From: Ignavibacteriota bacterium
GTDB lineage: Bacteria > Bacteroidota > Ignavibacteria > UBA10030 > CAVZMI01
DNA length: 64,000 nucleotides
NCBI GenBank assembly: GCA_963776275.1
Contig: CAVZMI010000034.1
Coordinates: 1-64,000 of the forward strand
Direction of reading: 5' to 3'
Shown: positions 42,338 through 54,080 of the stretch, piece after piece
How positions within the stretch are numbered: position 1 is the first letter of the stretch
Layout: each line of letters starts with the position of its first letter
Position numbers and translations under genes: made by a program
Notes under the pieces: model-generated
The model's database searches: none
What the model saw: the letters and a program-made list of their open reading frames with translations, nothing else
Told to the model about the DNA's origin: nothing

Positions 42338-43287
42338 CTACCGTTTTCTTTTCATCACTTTCTGTACCGATGCAACGATATCATTTTTATGGATATGGTA
42401 TTTTTGCAGTAACTCGTTTGGCGTACCGGATTCACCAAATACGTCATTCACTGCTACCATCTCAACCGGAACCGGAGCATTTCGCACCACAACCTGAGCG
42501 ACAGCATCGCCGAGTCCGTTATTGATCTGATGTTCTTCGGCTGTGACAATTGCACCGGTTTCTCGAGCTGCTGTAATAATCGCTTCACGATCAAGGGGTT
42601 TGATTGTGTGCATATTGATAACCCGGGCCTTGATACCTGCTTGGGCCAGCTCATCTGCGGCTTGAAGTGCCTGCCAGACCATTACACCGCATGCGATAAT
42701 CGTGACATCATTACCCTGCAGAAGTGTATCCGATTTTCCCAGGACAAAAGGAGTTGCGGGATCTGTAAATACCGGCAGAGCAGGTCGGCTGAAACGGAGG
42801 TATGCGGGCCCTTGAGTTCAGCAATCGCAAATGTCGCTTTTCGTGTCTCGTTCGCATCGCACGGGACTATAACGGTCATATTCGGGAGTCCGCGCATCAA
42901 TCCGATATCTTCAAGCATCTGATGTGTCGCTCCATCTTCACCAAGTGTAAGACCGGCGTGTGATGCACAGATTTTTACATTCATCCTGCTGTAAGCAATA
43001 CTCTGGCGGATAGTATCGTATACACGACCCGTCGCGAAGACTGCGAATGTTCCTGTGAATGGAATTTTTCCTGTGATCGAGAGCCCGGCCGCCATTCCGA
43101 TCATATTATGTTCGGCAACGCCTGCGTGCACAAACCGGTCCGGAAACTCTTTAGCGAATTTGTGCATATTGACCGATTCGGTTAAATCCGCACAGAGAGC
43201 GACGACATTCGGATTTTTTCGGCCGAGTTCGACGAGTGCTTCACCGAAGGCAACGCGGGTGGCTTTTTGTTCTGCTGCTTGTATCAT
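42338..43287 (-). CDS. Transketolase C-terminal subunit, frameshift near 42806
   Basis: [15 protein letters not shown]; shifted frame gives GPAYLRFSR...TIKPLD...EEH. Confidence 0.9.
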
Positions 43288-43310
43288 GAATTTTTCTTCC
43301 TTTGCAATAT

Positions 43311-44201
43311 TTAAGTATTGTTCTTTTCCCATTCAAGTGTTATAAAGTCGCCGAATTTTGTCGGGGCAAGATCGGCAAGCGCTTTCTTTGCCTGTTCTTC
43401 GTTTGGCGCTACACCATGCCATTTAAAATCTCCCTCCATCCACGGCACTCCTTTGCCCATAATTGTACGAGCGAGTATCACCGATGGTTTCCCTTTCGTT
43501 TGGAATCCTTTATCGATGGCATTTCGGATCTGGTCGATGTTGTGTCCGTCAATTTCCTGCACATCCCAGCCGAAGGCGGAAAATTTATCCGCCAGCGGAT
43601 TGATATCGTACAATTTATCCATAAGGCCGTCAATTTGAATATTATTCCGGTCGACTATAGCAAGAAGATTATCGAGTTTTCTATATCCCGCCATCATGAT
43701 GCCCTCCCAGCTCGATCCCTCCTGAAGCTCGCCATCGCTCCCGATCATAACGACGCGGTTTGGCTTTTTGTCCAGACGCATTCCGAAGGCTGTCCCCGTC
43801 GCTACCGACATTCCCTGTCCCAGTGAACCTGAAGCGATTTCAATACCCGGCGCACCATGAATCCACATAGGCGCAGGATGACCCTGAAGACGGCCGTTGA
43901 ACTTCCGGTATGTTGCAAGCTCACTCAAAGGGAAATAGCTGGCACGCGCTAAAGCCGAATACCAAACGGCAGCCACATGCCCGCACGAGACATAGAAATA
44001 GTCGCGTCCCTCCCATCCGGGATTGGTAGGATCATATTGTAAGACATTAAAGAATAATGTCGCAAATATATCGGCAAGGCCAAGTGGTGCACCTGTATGG
44101 CCGGACTTGGCAAGATAGAGCATTTTAATAATATCGCGACGCATCTGTCGTGCCATTTCTTGAAGATCGGGTGTTTCAAATTTCTGAAATTTCCGTTCCA
44201 T
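43311..44201 (-). CDS. Transketolase N-terminal subunit
   Basis: [27 protein letters not shown] motif. Confidence 0.93.
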   Translation of the reverse strand: MERKFQKFETPDLQEMARQMRRDIIKMLYLAKSGHTGAPLGLADIFATLFFNVLQYDPTNPGWEGRDYFYVSCGHVAAVWYSALARASYFPLSELATYRKFNGRLQGHPAPMWIHGAPGIEIASGSLGQGMSVATGTAFGMRLDKKPNRVVMIGSDGELQEGSSWEGIMMAGYRKLDNLLAIVDRNNIQIDGLMDKLYDINPLADKFSAFGWDVQEIDGHNIDQIRNAIDKGFQTKGKPSVILARTIMGKGVPWMEGDFKWHGVAPNEEQAKKALADLAPTKFGDFITLEWEKNNT

Positions 44202-44210
44202 TTTGTCCTT

Positions 44211-44855
44211 TCATTGATCAGAAGAAGATTGACCGCGTTTTGTACGAATCAGACCGCGGATGAAATCCGCATGACGCAGAAGGATAAGCATACACAACGC
44301 TGTGCACAACCAAATCATTTCATTCCATTGTATCGGTGTCCATAAGCTTACTTCAACCCACGACCGGGGGAGAAAGAACAACAATATCGGGGTAATAATA
44401 GTCGCTACTACATTCCCACCATGTACATCCCGCCAGATCTTGTATGTTATACACCAGAGAAGACACCACACGAGGGGAAAAATCGAGCCGAGTAATAACA
44501 TGACTCCAAGCGCTGTAGCCAGACCACGACCGCCACGAAACCGTAACCAGATATTAAAATCATGTCCGACGATTGCCGACAATCCGGCAAGAGCCTGAAT
44601 CGGATATCCAGACTTCTCGAATCGCGATACGACAACTACAGCAGCTGCTCCTTTGCATACATCAAACAGAAGAACAGCAATACCCACCCATTTTTTCCGG
44701 GTCACCTGAAAACTGTTGAGGGCACCGACATTTCCCGAACCTGCGAGGCGAATATCACGCTGTGAAGAAAGCTTCACAATGATATAGGCTGCAGGTATCG
44801 AGCCGATAAGATATCCGATCAGAATCGCAAGAATGCCACTGGACAGCAACTGCAC
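44211..44855 (-). CDS. plsY: Glycerol-3-phosphate acyltransferase
   Basis: YLIGSIP, GSGNVGALN, GH...FRGGRGLAT. Confidence 0.9.
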   Translation of the reverse strand: MQLLSSGILAILIGYLIGSIPAAYIIVKLSSQRDIRLAGSGNVGALNSFQVTRKKWVGIAVLLFDVCKGAAAVVVVSRFEKSGYPIQALAGLSAIVGHDFNIWLRFRGGRGLATALGVMLLLGSIFPLVWCLLWCITYKIWRDVHGGNVVATIITPILLFFLPRSWVEVSLWTPIQWNEMIWLCTALCMLILLRHADFIRGLIRTKRGQSSSDQ

Positions 44856-44936
44856 CTCGGTCGAGTAACCTCAGGAATGATGATTCATCTACTATAAAAA
44901 TAGGGAAAATATGGTGAAGAAGCAAGGAAGCGGGAC

Positions 44937-44978
44937 GAGGTAAAGGTAGAGGTAAAGGTTAAGGTTAAGGTTGAGGTG
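44937..44978. repeat. Seven (A/G)AGGTN hexamers
   Basis: gaggta aaggta gaggta aaggtt aaggtt aaggtt gaggtg. Confidence 0.7.
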
Positions 44979-45127
44979 GAACATTATAGTTTGATTGCGC
45001 GTCGTCTATATGAGACACTCTCTAGAGAACATTCACCTGAAAGAAGATTTTGAACTACATTATTGAACGACTATCAAATTATCGTTATATTTTCGATTAT
45101 GTTGCCCATCGTAAACTCGGAATCCCA

Positions 45128-46018
45128 ATGAGATATTATATACTGTTTTTTCTGACTATTTTCTTCACTTTCTTTCAGAGAACTAATGCGCAGGAACTTG
45201 AATTCGACGTTTCCATCGATGCACAGCAGCTCCCCACGGCAAACAAGGAGTATGTCACCCACTTTGCGGAAGAGGTGAAGAAGTACCTAAACGATTTTAG
45301 ATGGACAACCGAAGATTATCTTGGCGAGAAGATTCATTGTACAATGTCGATCTTTTTTCTCTCAGGATCTCCGGATAACCGATATAGTGTCAGGGTCTTC
45401 ATCGGGAGCCAGCGACCGATATACCGATCGAACAAAGGAACATTGACATTGCGTATACTCGATGATAAGTGGGAGTTCAGTTACATCCCCGGACAGGGAT
45501 TCCGTCACAATGAAACTCAATTCGACCCGTTGTTAAGCTTCCTCGATTTCTACGCCTGCCTCATCATTGGATACGATACGGATACATTCTCAGAAATGGG
45601 CGGTACCCAATATTTTCAAAGGGCTTCCGATATTGCCGCGCGCGGAGCATCAGAAAATTCGAAGGGGTGGCCGAAAGGAGGCACCGGCTATACGCGGCAA
45701 CAGATCATCGAAGACCTGCTAAACTCTAAATATGCCCCTATCCGCAAGGCACTTTTCATATACCATTTTCACGGTCTAGATATGCTGGAGACGAATCAGA
45801 ATCGCGGTCTCGATAATATGCTGTACGCGATCGACCTGATCGGAAAAGCACAAAAAGCTGAGAACACGGCCCTCCCCCTCGCCAGAATTTTCTTTGAGGC
45901 AAAATATCAGGAAATAGCAGATCGCTTTGCCAACTACCCCGACCGTTCGGTGATCGGAAGATTCGCAGACTACGACCCAACACATAAGAGGGATTACGAC
46001 CAAGCCGGCAGAAGATGA
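45128..46018 (+). CDS. DUF4835-family (PorD-like) T9SS-associated protein
   Basis: AQEL..V, SQRPIY, DFYACLIIGYDTDTF..MGGT.YF, YHFHGLD. Confidence 0.8.
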   Translation: MRYYILFFLTIFFTFFQRTNAQELEFDVSIDAQQLPTANKEYVTHFAEEVKKYLNDFRWTTEDYLGEKIHCTMSIFFLSGSPDNRYSVRVFIGSQRPIYRSNKGTLTLRILDDKWEFSYIPGQGFRHNETQFDPLLSFLDFYACLIIGYDTDTFSEMGGTQYFQRASDIAARGASENSKGWPKGGTGYTRQQIIEDLLNSKYAPIRKALFIYHFHGLDMLETNQNRGLDNMLYAIDLIGKAQKAENTALPLARIFFEAKYQEIADRFANYPDRSVIGRFADYDPTHKRDYDQAGRR

Positions 46019-46049
46019 CTAAAGTATATATAAATTTCCCGCCCCGTTT

Positions 46050-46250
46050 TTACTTTTTACGACGAAGCTTCGACAATGATTTTTCGTCAGCAGCATACTG
46101 CTCCATATAACCGCACGATGTACAAATATACCGCGTAAGGTTCGCAAAACCGAACATATCAACCTTAATTACATTATATGTACCAATATCGCTGGGTATG
46201 ACTGTTATTTTCTTGGAGGAGCATTTTGGACAAACGCCTGTAGATTTCAT
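46050..46250 (-). CDS. Small zinc-ribbon protein
   Basis: CPKC...ICTSCGYME. Confidence 0.7.
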   Translation of the reverse strand: MKSTGVCPKCSSKKITVIPSDIGTYNVIKVDMFGFANLTRYICTSCGYMEQYAADEKSLSKLRRKK

Positions 46251-46337
46251 GATGATTTTCCGGAATATTTTTTCATTTAATGATCTGATTTACTCAAGGT
46301 TACAAGTCGTCGGTTTTTATCAACAAATATGAAATCA

Positions 46338-46469
46338 TTACATAATTTCAATTGCCTTCTCCAGAACAATATCATGTTCATCTTTAATACTTTCAGATGC
46401 ATCAATCACAATATTAGGAAATATACCAACGTCTTCAAGAATTGTCATATCCAATTTATATTCAACTGT
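46338..46469 (-). pseudogene. C-terminal fragment resembling an S41-family peptidase
   Basis: TVEYKLDMTILEDVGIFPNIVIDASESIKDEHDIVLEKAIEIM*; no start, abuts the GH2 stop. Confidence 0.5.
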
Positions 46470-46470
46470 C

Positions 46471-49400
46471 TCATTCTTCCATAGAAAAACCATGAAATCC
46501 CACAACAGGCTTTTCGCCGCGCGTATCGGCGTTCTCCAATTCCATTTTAACTAAACGCTGCTCGCCGGGCATAAGCGAAATATAATTATCGCTGTATATA
46601 ACCGGTAAAATTCTCTCTCCGCTTTTTTCTCCCGTCACTCTCAACACAACCATCAGCGCGGGTTGATTGGTATTGTTTTTCAGACTGGTCGTCAAATACC
46701 AGCGGTTCCCTTTCTGTTCCACTTTTGTGTCCGAGTCCAATTTCACCTTTGGAAGTTTTCGAATCGCTTTGAGATCACCTTCTTCCAATCCGCGCCAGTA
46801 AAAATTTTCCGAGATCACTTCGCCGCCTCTTTCAAGCTTGAGTCTGATAAAACAAACGCGGCTCAGGCTATCGGCAGATTCAATCCTGAAACAACGTATT
46901 ATGCTGTCTTCCGGACAACTCATCGTTGTTTTCCTTTTTATTTTTACCGTTCCGTCCAGACCGATAATTTCCATGCTTGCCGTAAGCTCGCGACCGTTCG
47001 GAACGCTGTAATTAACAACTTCAATGCTGTCGCTCAATGGATTCCACTGAATATGCAGCGGTTCGCAGGCTTTCTTGCAGCCGAAATAAGCTGCTGTCGG
47101 CTCGAAGTAATAATCATAGGTTTGCCAGACAAGAGAAGGCCATGCAGGGTGGCTCATCCATAATAACATTCCCATCCTGTTCTTACCTTGAGCTTCAAAC
47201 ATTGCGCGATATCCCTGGTAATTCATCCACTGTGAGAATGAAAGCCACTCTTTCAAATCATTCATGGGTCCAAAACTTTCCTCAAGCTGTTGAATAAATG
47301 ACGATCCACCTTGAGCACCATTCAGACAAAAATCGTGGATCCCCCACATGCGCTCCCGGGGCCATATTGCAGAATCGGGCATCATTTGTTTTAGACTTTC
47401 AAACGAGACGATGTCAGGCATCCCCATTTCACTGTGGAGTTTTTCCGTAGCCCTTTTTTCGAAATAAAACTTTGTCGGCATTGCCCTATAGGGCCCTCCA
47501 CCGCTCACCACTCCGAATGCCGAGTTTGATATGTAGTGCACATCCGGGTGTAATTCCTCCAATAATTTCCTGATTGCCGAATCTATTACCTCAGGCGGAT
47601 TGCCTTCGTTACGCCCACAGTATAATGCGAGTGAGGGGTGATTGCGAATTCGCTTCACGAAGTCTTCCACATTCCGTACGAACATTTCATTGTCGCTTGG
47701 GTTCGGACCGTCTACCGGGTTCGCCAGCCAGAAATCCTGCCATATCATAATACCGTGGCGGTCACAAGCCTTATAAAATTCTTCATCGCCCGTCTGTCCG
47801 ACCCAGTTTCTAATCATGGTGAAATTCATCTCTTTGTGATATCGTACTGCGATATCATACTCCCTTCCCCGATAACGAAGCATCGATTCGGAAAAACCCC
47901 AGTTGCCGCCTTTGCCGATGAACCTCCTGCCGTTAATCCAGATTTTCAAAATCCCACCATCTTCGGAGTAAATCATTTCTCTGATGCCCGTTGAAAACGA
48001 AATTGAATCCGATACTCGATCATCTGCAAGAACGAATGTAAGTTCAACATTATACAAATTAGGTTTACCGTATCCGTTCGGCCACCACAACGCGGGATTG
48101 TGCAAGTGAAGCGACGGGTGTGTAGAGGAATTAAATCTTACCCTCGCTTTTTCAGAAGCTTTAAGTGTAACAGATTGTTCAAAAGCAACCCCGCTGAATT
48201 TACCTCGCAGCGTTCCCGTTACGCGTTCCGAGCTATGATTACAAAGAAGTGCTTCTATAGTTACATCAGCCGACGATGTATCCGGAAGGGGTAGTTTGGT
48301 TGAAATAAAAGGATTTTCAATTGTGACGGAGCCACTCACCGACAGGTAAACGTCGTTCCAGATGCCGGTATTGCGTCCGCGTATAGTCGGTATCCAATCC
48401 CAGCCGATAGATGCATGAAAGGTCGGATTATCTGCACCAAGCTCGCCGCCGTTTGCATCGGGACTGAATTTTGTTTGTTCGGTGACAAATCCGGGTGCGG
48501 CATTTTTTTCGATATGTACAGCAATCACATTTTTCTTTCCAGTGATAATGATGCCTGAAACATCGAATTTGCCGCGCGTAAAAGCTCCTTCTATCCGCCC
48601 GAGCTTTTGTCCGTTCAGAAAAACTTCCGCTTTCCAGTTTATTCCATCGAAGTCAAGAGATATCCGTTTCCCTTTATAGGAAGCTGGAGCAATGAACTCG
48701 TCCCTGTACCAGAAATCCGAATAGAAGTAAGAATCCGAAATCATCAATTGATTATCTCCATAGTTCGGATCGGGCAGAGCCCCCGCGTTGAGGTAACTGA
48801 CAAGCACTGTTGCCGGTACGGTTGCAACAATCCAGCTGCTGTCATTGAATCCTGGTCTGGACAAAGCTTCACCGTCGGCGTGAACCTGCGAGCTGCGCTG
48901 AAGCTTCCATGCACCTCCGGACAAATACAATTTCCCATCTTCTTTCACAGAAGGCTGGGCATGCGGGATCGCTACGGGACCACCCCTGCCGTACACTTCC
49001 AATTCACTTAAAATGTAATTGCTGTCTATAGCGGGCTTTTTTAAAAGTATGCGCACATACTTTCCTTTAACAGGTTTGCTTAATTTAATATCATCGGTGT
49101 ATCCCCAATTCTTAGACAGCAACATGACATCCTTCCAGTGCGTTGCGTCGTCCGACACCTGAATCGAACCGGCCACAGCGCGGTGTAACCAATAGAGAAC
49201 AATTCGATCAAATGAACATTCAGCGCCCAGATCTACATAGACCCACTCCTCCCCTTTGCCTTCGCTCATCCATGCGCTGGAAAACTGGTATGCGTCATCC
49301 GATAATGGAACGTGTTCCGTTGGTGAACATGGCAAACTCGCCGATACCCCAACTCTTGGCATTAGGGGAATGTAAATCAACCCGATAGAACCGGTGGTGA

Positions 49401-50032
49401 GACGGTTTCTTCAAATTAAAAGGATAATTGAATATTCGAAAGTTGGGCGGAAGAAATTTTCGGAAAAAACCGGTAATAGTGTCTCCAGGGAGACCGCCAC
49501 CGCTTACAGTACCCAATGTCTCCCAATTTCTCCCTTCATCAGAAACGCTTACAGCCATCTCCCAATGTTTAGGTTCCAGACTGTCAACCAGAAGGCTGCA
49601 TGTTACAGCGATGCTATCCACCTGCGGGATAATACTATTCCCGCTAATTTCTACCTGAGTCCAGACATTCGGACCTACCAGATTTTTCCCTGTCATCATG
49701 TGACGATCCAAAACCCATTCTCTCTCGTTCTTTTTAGCTACTCCATCGCTGTAGGTCGTAACTACAAAGGGGGGAAGTTGTGATTCTTTTATTCCATCGG
49801 TAACAAGCTGCGCAGCCAGATTATAATCGTAACTGCTCGAATTGTAAGCCGGCCTGTGTAAAGCAAGGTTTCTGTACGTTGTATTATCTATTTTTATCGA
49901 CGGAGAGAAATCTTCTTTTGCGTCCCCCGGGTATATACCCACGCCGCGTGTGTGCACCTGAGCCTTTGTCGTAGTGAAGACTAATATCGCAAGAAGAATA
50001 AAAAAGGTATGGAGTAGAGTCATTTTTTTCAT
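46471..50032 (-). CDS. Secreted GH2 glycoside hydrolase with discoidin (F5/8) domains, disrupted near 49295
   Basis: GWDWIPTIRGRNTGIW, GGNWG, IRNWVG, WQDFW, RNHPSLALYCGRNEG; N-terminal part in the 49295..50032 frame. Confidence 0.85.
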
Positions 50033-50108
50033 AATACTTCCTGTCGAAACTGGATGATTGATACTTCTCTCCCCATCAATCTGTCAGCTCGTGAAGCAGA
50101 AGCTCTGC

Positions 50109-51975
50109 TTATGGTGCCTGCACGACGGTGATTTCAAACGGTTTTAAGTTCAATGAAACATCACTAATAACAGGTCCGCCGAATCGCACGTAACTTGTAT
50201 CCTGCTTCACTGATAGCTCCTTGTTGTTCACTGCTTCACGCCAACCGGAAGTCGGAACCTTCTGGATGAACCTAAGCGTCATCGCCGCTGTTTCATCGCT
50301 CATGTTATAAAGGACATATTGCTTGTCGCCGAACAAGTACATGCCGACACCTCCGGGGCCATCCAACTCCGTTCCAAGTTCTCTTACGAAGGCACGTCGA
50401 ATTAAATTCAGAGCCTGCGCGGGGAGACGCAGCAGATCGTAGCTGTTCTCCGGCATATTTAAGACGTATATTCTTCCGTTGAGATACTGCACGTTAAAAA
50501 GGACTCCGAAGTCGTAGTCATCCTTCTCCACGGCTACATCGCGCGCGTAAGGCCAGGTGGTCGTTTCGATGCGGGGGAAAGTGAAAGTCCTGTCCGCCTT
50601 GATGAGATCCTCCCGGAACCATCCTTCTCTCAGCCTGAATTCATCCAACGTCACGCTCCCACCGTAATCAACCAGATTCAGAGTATTCTTGAATTCTGTA
50701 TTCTGAAGTTTTTTCCAGAGCCCCCACGTCATAAACAGGTCTCTTCCTTCACGCAGTCGTACAAGCATCTCATCGGCGAGTCCGGGATCCTTGAGTGAGT
50801 GGAGAGTGAAGATTGCATTCTGACTTTGCGCCGGAAACTTTGCTACTGGAGTGAGCGGAATCCCCGCCATGCCCAAATAACCGAAAATATTGTATTCGCC
50901 TGTAGAGCCGTAAGGCAAATAGATCGGGACTCCGCGCGAAGGACCGTTCAGCATTCCAGCAACTCGGTCGAACTCCTGCAGCTTATCGCGGAAATAAGGG
51001 TAAACGTCGCTTGACGGACCGGTTGCAGGATGAAGCTGACCTGCGCACCAGAGGATTATCTCCGGTGTCTGTGCAAGAACCGCCTGCCAGACCTGAGCAT
51101 TGTAATCGTTATAGTCTCCCTTCATATCGTAATTGTCCAACCACGAGCCGACCCACTTGGAGGAATCGACGCTTGAATACCATTTCTGGAAAATATAACC
51201 GCTGTAGATCGGTATATGCTGGTCGTGATTCATTCGATTCCGTGTTTCGATGCCGACGGCCATATTATCAAATAGATGAGTTTCGTTGTAAACGTCGTAA
51301 CCGTTGTCTCCGAATCCTTCGTACCAGTTCGGGTACTTGATGATGATCCTGACCTCAGGATTTACTTGTTTGGCTGGAGCGATAATATATTTTTTAGATT
51401 GTTCGAGCAATAGTTTTGTGCGGTATTCGGCCCAGGTTTGATTGCCCCGTTCTTCGTAACTTTTCGGATCAGTAGCCAATGTGAAGAGCCAGTCGTCGAT
51501 AATGATATCGTCGAAGATCCCAGCCAGCGCGCTCATTCGTTTCTCGAGGGCTGCCATGTCCCTGGGGTCGTTGTAGGTCAACGGACACTTGTGCTCCGAA
51601 CGGCACCATTCCTCCTGAGACTCTGATACCCATGGCCCGAAACCTGTCGGCGATTTTTTTCATCATTGGAATATCTATTTCTCCGCGGGTGGTCCCTTCG
51701 AGATATACATGATTAGCTTTTATCGGTGCGAAGTATTCCATCGTCTTCTGGAATTTAACAGGATCGGCGAGAAGCGAATCGATATCCCGCGATGTGAAGT
51801 AGATCGCGTACTTCAAGTGCGGCCAGCCCGCTTCGCTCGTCTCGCCTTCGGCTCGCCGAAGCGAACGAGGCGAGCCCGCTATCTTGCTGTTCTCTTGACC
51901 GTGAGCAAAGCGTGTACCCAGAAGCAGGATGGATATCAGTCCGAGGGTAAAGTATTTTGGAATTGTATTTTTCAT
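50109..51975 (-). CDS. Secreted hypothetical protein, possibly glycoside-hydrolase fold; frameshift near 51589
   Basis: Signal peptide; removing one T joins GAQG to PLTYNDPRD; DDIIIDDW, IIKYPNWYE. Confidence 0.6.
51825..51880. repeat. 48-nt in-frame palindromic insertion with 8-bp target duplication
   Basis: agcccgct at 51825-51832 and 51873-51880 flanks a GC-rich palindromic 40-mer. Confidence 0.7.
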
Positions 51976-52034
51976 CACACACTCCTTGCTGAGTCTATTG
52001 GAATAGTCATATTGTTTCAATGTGTTTCACCATA

Positions 52035-52122
52035 ATCAGCTTATCCGGCATCAAAAAAAAGTCGAAAGCATTCGGGGAAAGGTGATGGTAGTGTAGGAAG
52101 AAGCTTTTAAAAATGCAAGGAG
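52035..52122 (-). repeat. Direct repeat 1 (contains sigma70-type promoter)
   Basis: Near-identical to 58710-58795; minus strand TTGCAT-17 nt-TACACT. Confidence 0.85.
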
Positions 52123-52218
52123 AGAGTAAAAATCCTCAGAGATTTATGATTGCCCGCGTTTAATAGATGCAAAGTCAATTCCGCCGTAACGGAACCGACC
52201 CTGCCGTCGTTGTTCCAT

Positions 52219-52410
52219 TTATCTAATAAATATTAATTTCTTAGTCCGAACCATATCTCCCGCTCGAAGTCTGTAAAAATAAAATCCCGACGCCAGATCT
52301 TGTGAGTTAAACTTATAAGAATATTTCCCGACAGATCGCTCTCCATCAATCAAAACTGCAACTTCTTCACCGATCAAATTGAACAAAGTCAGCCGAACAT
52401 GCGACGTGAT
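52219..52410 (-). pseudogene. Orphan T9SS C-terminal domain fragment
   Basis: HVRLTLFNLIGEEVAVLIDG...ASGFYFYRLRAG...TKKLIFIR without signal peptide or YPNPF part. Confidence 0.7.
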
Positions 52411-52586
52411 ATTGTTTCTTAATATAAGCATTAATATCGAATTTTCTTCTGGGACATTATTACGATTACAATATAAAAAGTACAAATTGAACTTACCTTT
52501 CAAATCACTTAACTTACAAGTAGAATAAGAAAGTCGTATTTAAATAATACAAGGATTCTATGGATTCGGGGATAAACACCATATAA

Positions 52587-53324
52587 ATGAATGATAACAT
52601 GAAAAAAACTAGGACTATTATACACCCTGCGAGAATTATCAAAAAACCAGTAGCTATCCCTCAAATTGTTAGTCTTCGGAAAAAGGCTATTCAAGCCACT
52701 AAAATTCTTCGTTCAATTTACCATTCACCACAGCATAACAATAAACAAGACCCACTCGATGAGATCGTGTTCATTATACTGTCCCAAATGACAACATATC
52801 GGAGTTTCGAACGAGTATTTGACCGGCTAAAGAAAATCGCTCCAACTTGGGAAATGGTTCGTCGGATGCAGCTGAAGCGGCTGAAGAGACTCATCAAGGA
52901 TGCGGGGCTTAGCAACCAGAAGGCACCTCGAATAAGGGCGGTATTGAACAGACTGCGGAATGACTTTGGTAGGGTAACGCTAGAGCCGCTTAGGCAAATG
53001 AAAACCAGTGATGCCGAAGCCTATCTGGTTTCCCTCCCCGGAGTACAAATGAAGAGTGCAAAGTGCGTATTAATGTACTCATTGAAACGCAAAGTTCTCC
53101 CAATTGATACTCATGTACTGAGAGTAGCACGTAGGCTCGGGCTCTTGGATGATTTGGTCATTTCAGAGAAGGCTCATCGGCGACTAGAAGCAATAGTTGA
53201 ACCTTCGTTTCGTTATGCATTCCATGTTAATTCTGTCTCTCACGGTCGATCGATTTGCCTTACGGCCAACCCACGTTGTCCCTTGTGCAGGCTGAAACGA
53301 CTTTGCGATTACTACAAAAAGTGA
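52587..53324 (+). CDS. Endonuclease III-like HhH-GPD DNA glycosylase with Fe-S motif
   Basis: DPLDEIVFIILSQ, LPGVQMKSA, PIDTHV, C-x6-C-x2-C-x5-C. Confidence 0.88.
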   Translation: MNDNMKKTRTIIHPARIIKKPVAIPQIVSLRKKAIQATKILRSIYHSPQHNNKQDPLDEIVFIILSQMTTYRSFERVFDRLKKIAPTWEMVRRMQLKRLKRLIKDAGLSNQKAPRIRAVLNRLRNDFGRVTLEPLRQMKTSDAEAYLVSLPGVQMKSAKCVLMYSLKRKVLPIDTHVLRVARRLGLLDDLVISEKAHRRLEAIVEPSFRYAFHVNSVSHGRSICLTANPRCPLCRLKRLCDYYKK

Positions 53325-53415
53325 TCTAGGGGCATTGCTTGATTTCGACATACGGCGCCTACACCCTGTGGTGAGCAATGTCCGGTTGTGACCTCCGATG
53401 GGTCAGAGGACTAAA

Positions 53416-54015
53416 ATGGCCAATCAGAAAATAGATGATGAAAACGAATTTCTCGAGAGTGAAGACGACTTCAACCGTGAACTCGAAATAGCTATAAGAG
53501 AAGCATACCCAGCCCTTCTCAATAGGGTCAGGACTGCGGGGTTTGCAGGCTATCGCCGACGCTTGGGTTTGGAAAAGGATCTAGCCGATGAGGCAGTCTT
53601 CCATTTTATAAAGCATTGTAAACGCAAACACACGCTCCCTGACAATGCACTTAAATATCTTGTTGCCATTGCCCGCAATATCGCAAAGAAAGAGTACCGC
53701 AACAAGGATAGGATTACCCCTCTATCCCGAAGGAGTGTATCCAGTTTATCTATCGCTGAACTTACAATAACGGAGGACATACAAGAGGTTGAATTGGAAG
53801 GGGACGAGGCTTCATACCAGGAGATACTCATGGAGAAAGTTCGCATCATGATTGAAAAACTGCCCCCCAAGCAGCGGAAAGCGGTTAAACTCCATATAGA
53901 AGATCCAGCAGCAACACAAAAGCAGCAGGCCGAAAGAATGGGTGTAGATGAAGGCGCTTTTCGAAAGGATCTTACAAGGGCAATGGATAGACTTAAACGG
54001 GAACTGAATCCTTGA
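53416..54015 (+). CDS. ECF-like sigma-70 factor
   Basis: Region 2 (DLADEAV...YLVAIARN) and region 4 (LPPKQR...AERMGVDEGAFRKDLTRA); GAGGA RBS. Confidence 0.75.
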   Translation: MANQKIDDENEFLESEDDFNRELEIAIREAYPALLNRVRTAGFAGYRRRLGLEKDLADEAVFHFIKHCKRKHTLPDNALKYLVAIARNIAKKEYRNKDRITPLSRRSVSSLSIAELTITEDIQEVELEGDEASYQEILMEKVRIMIEKLPPKQRKAVKLHIEDPAATQKQQAERMGVDEGAFRKDLTRAMDRLKRELNP

Positions 54016-54080
54016 GTACGACAGAAAATGTCCGGTATGCGACTCCATTGTTATGTGAATAAAAAAAAAGGAGATCAAAA

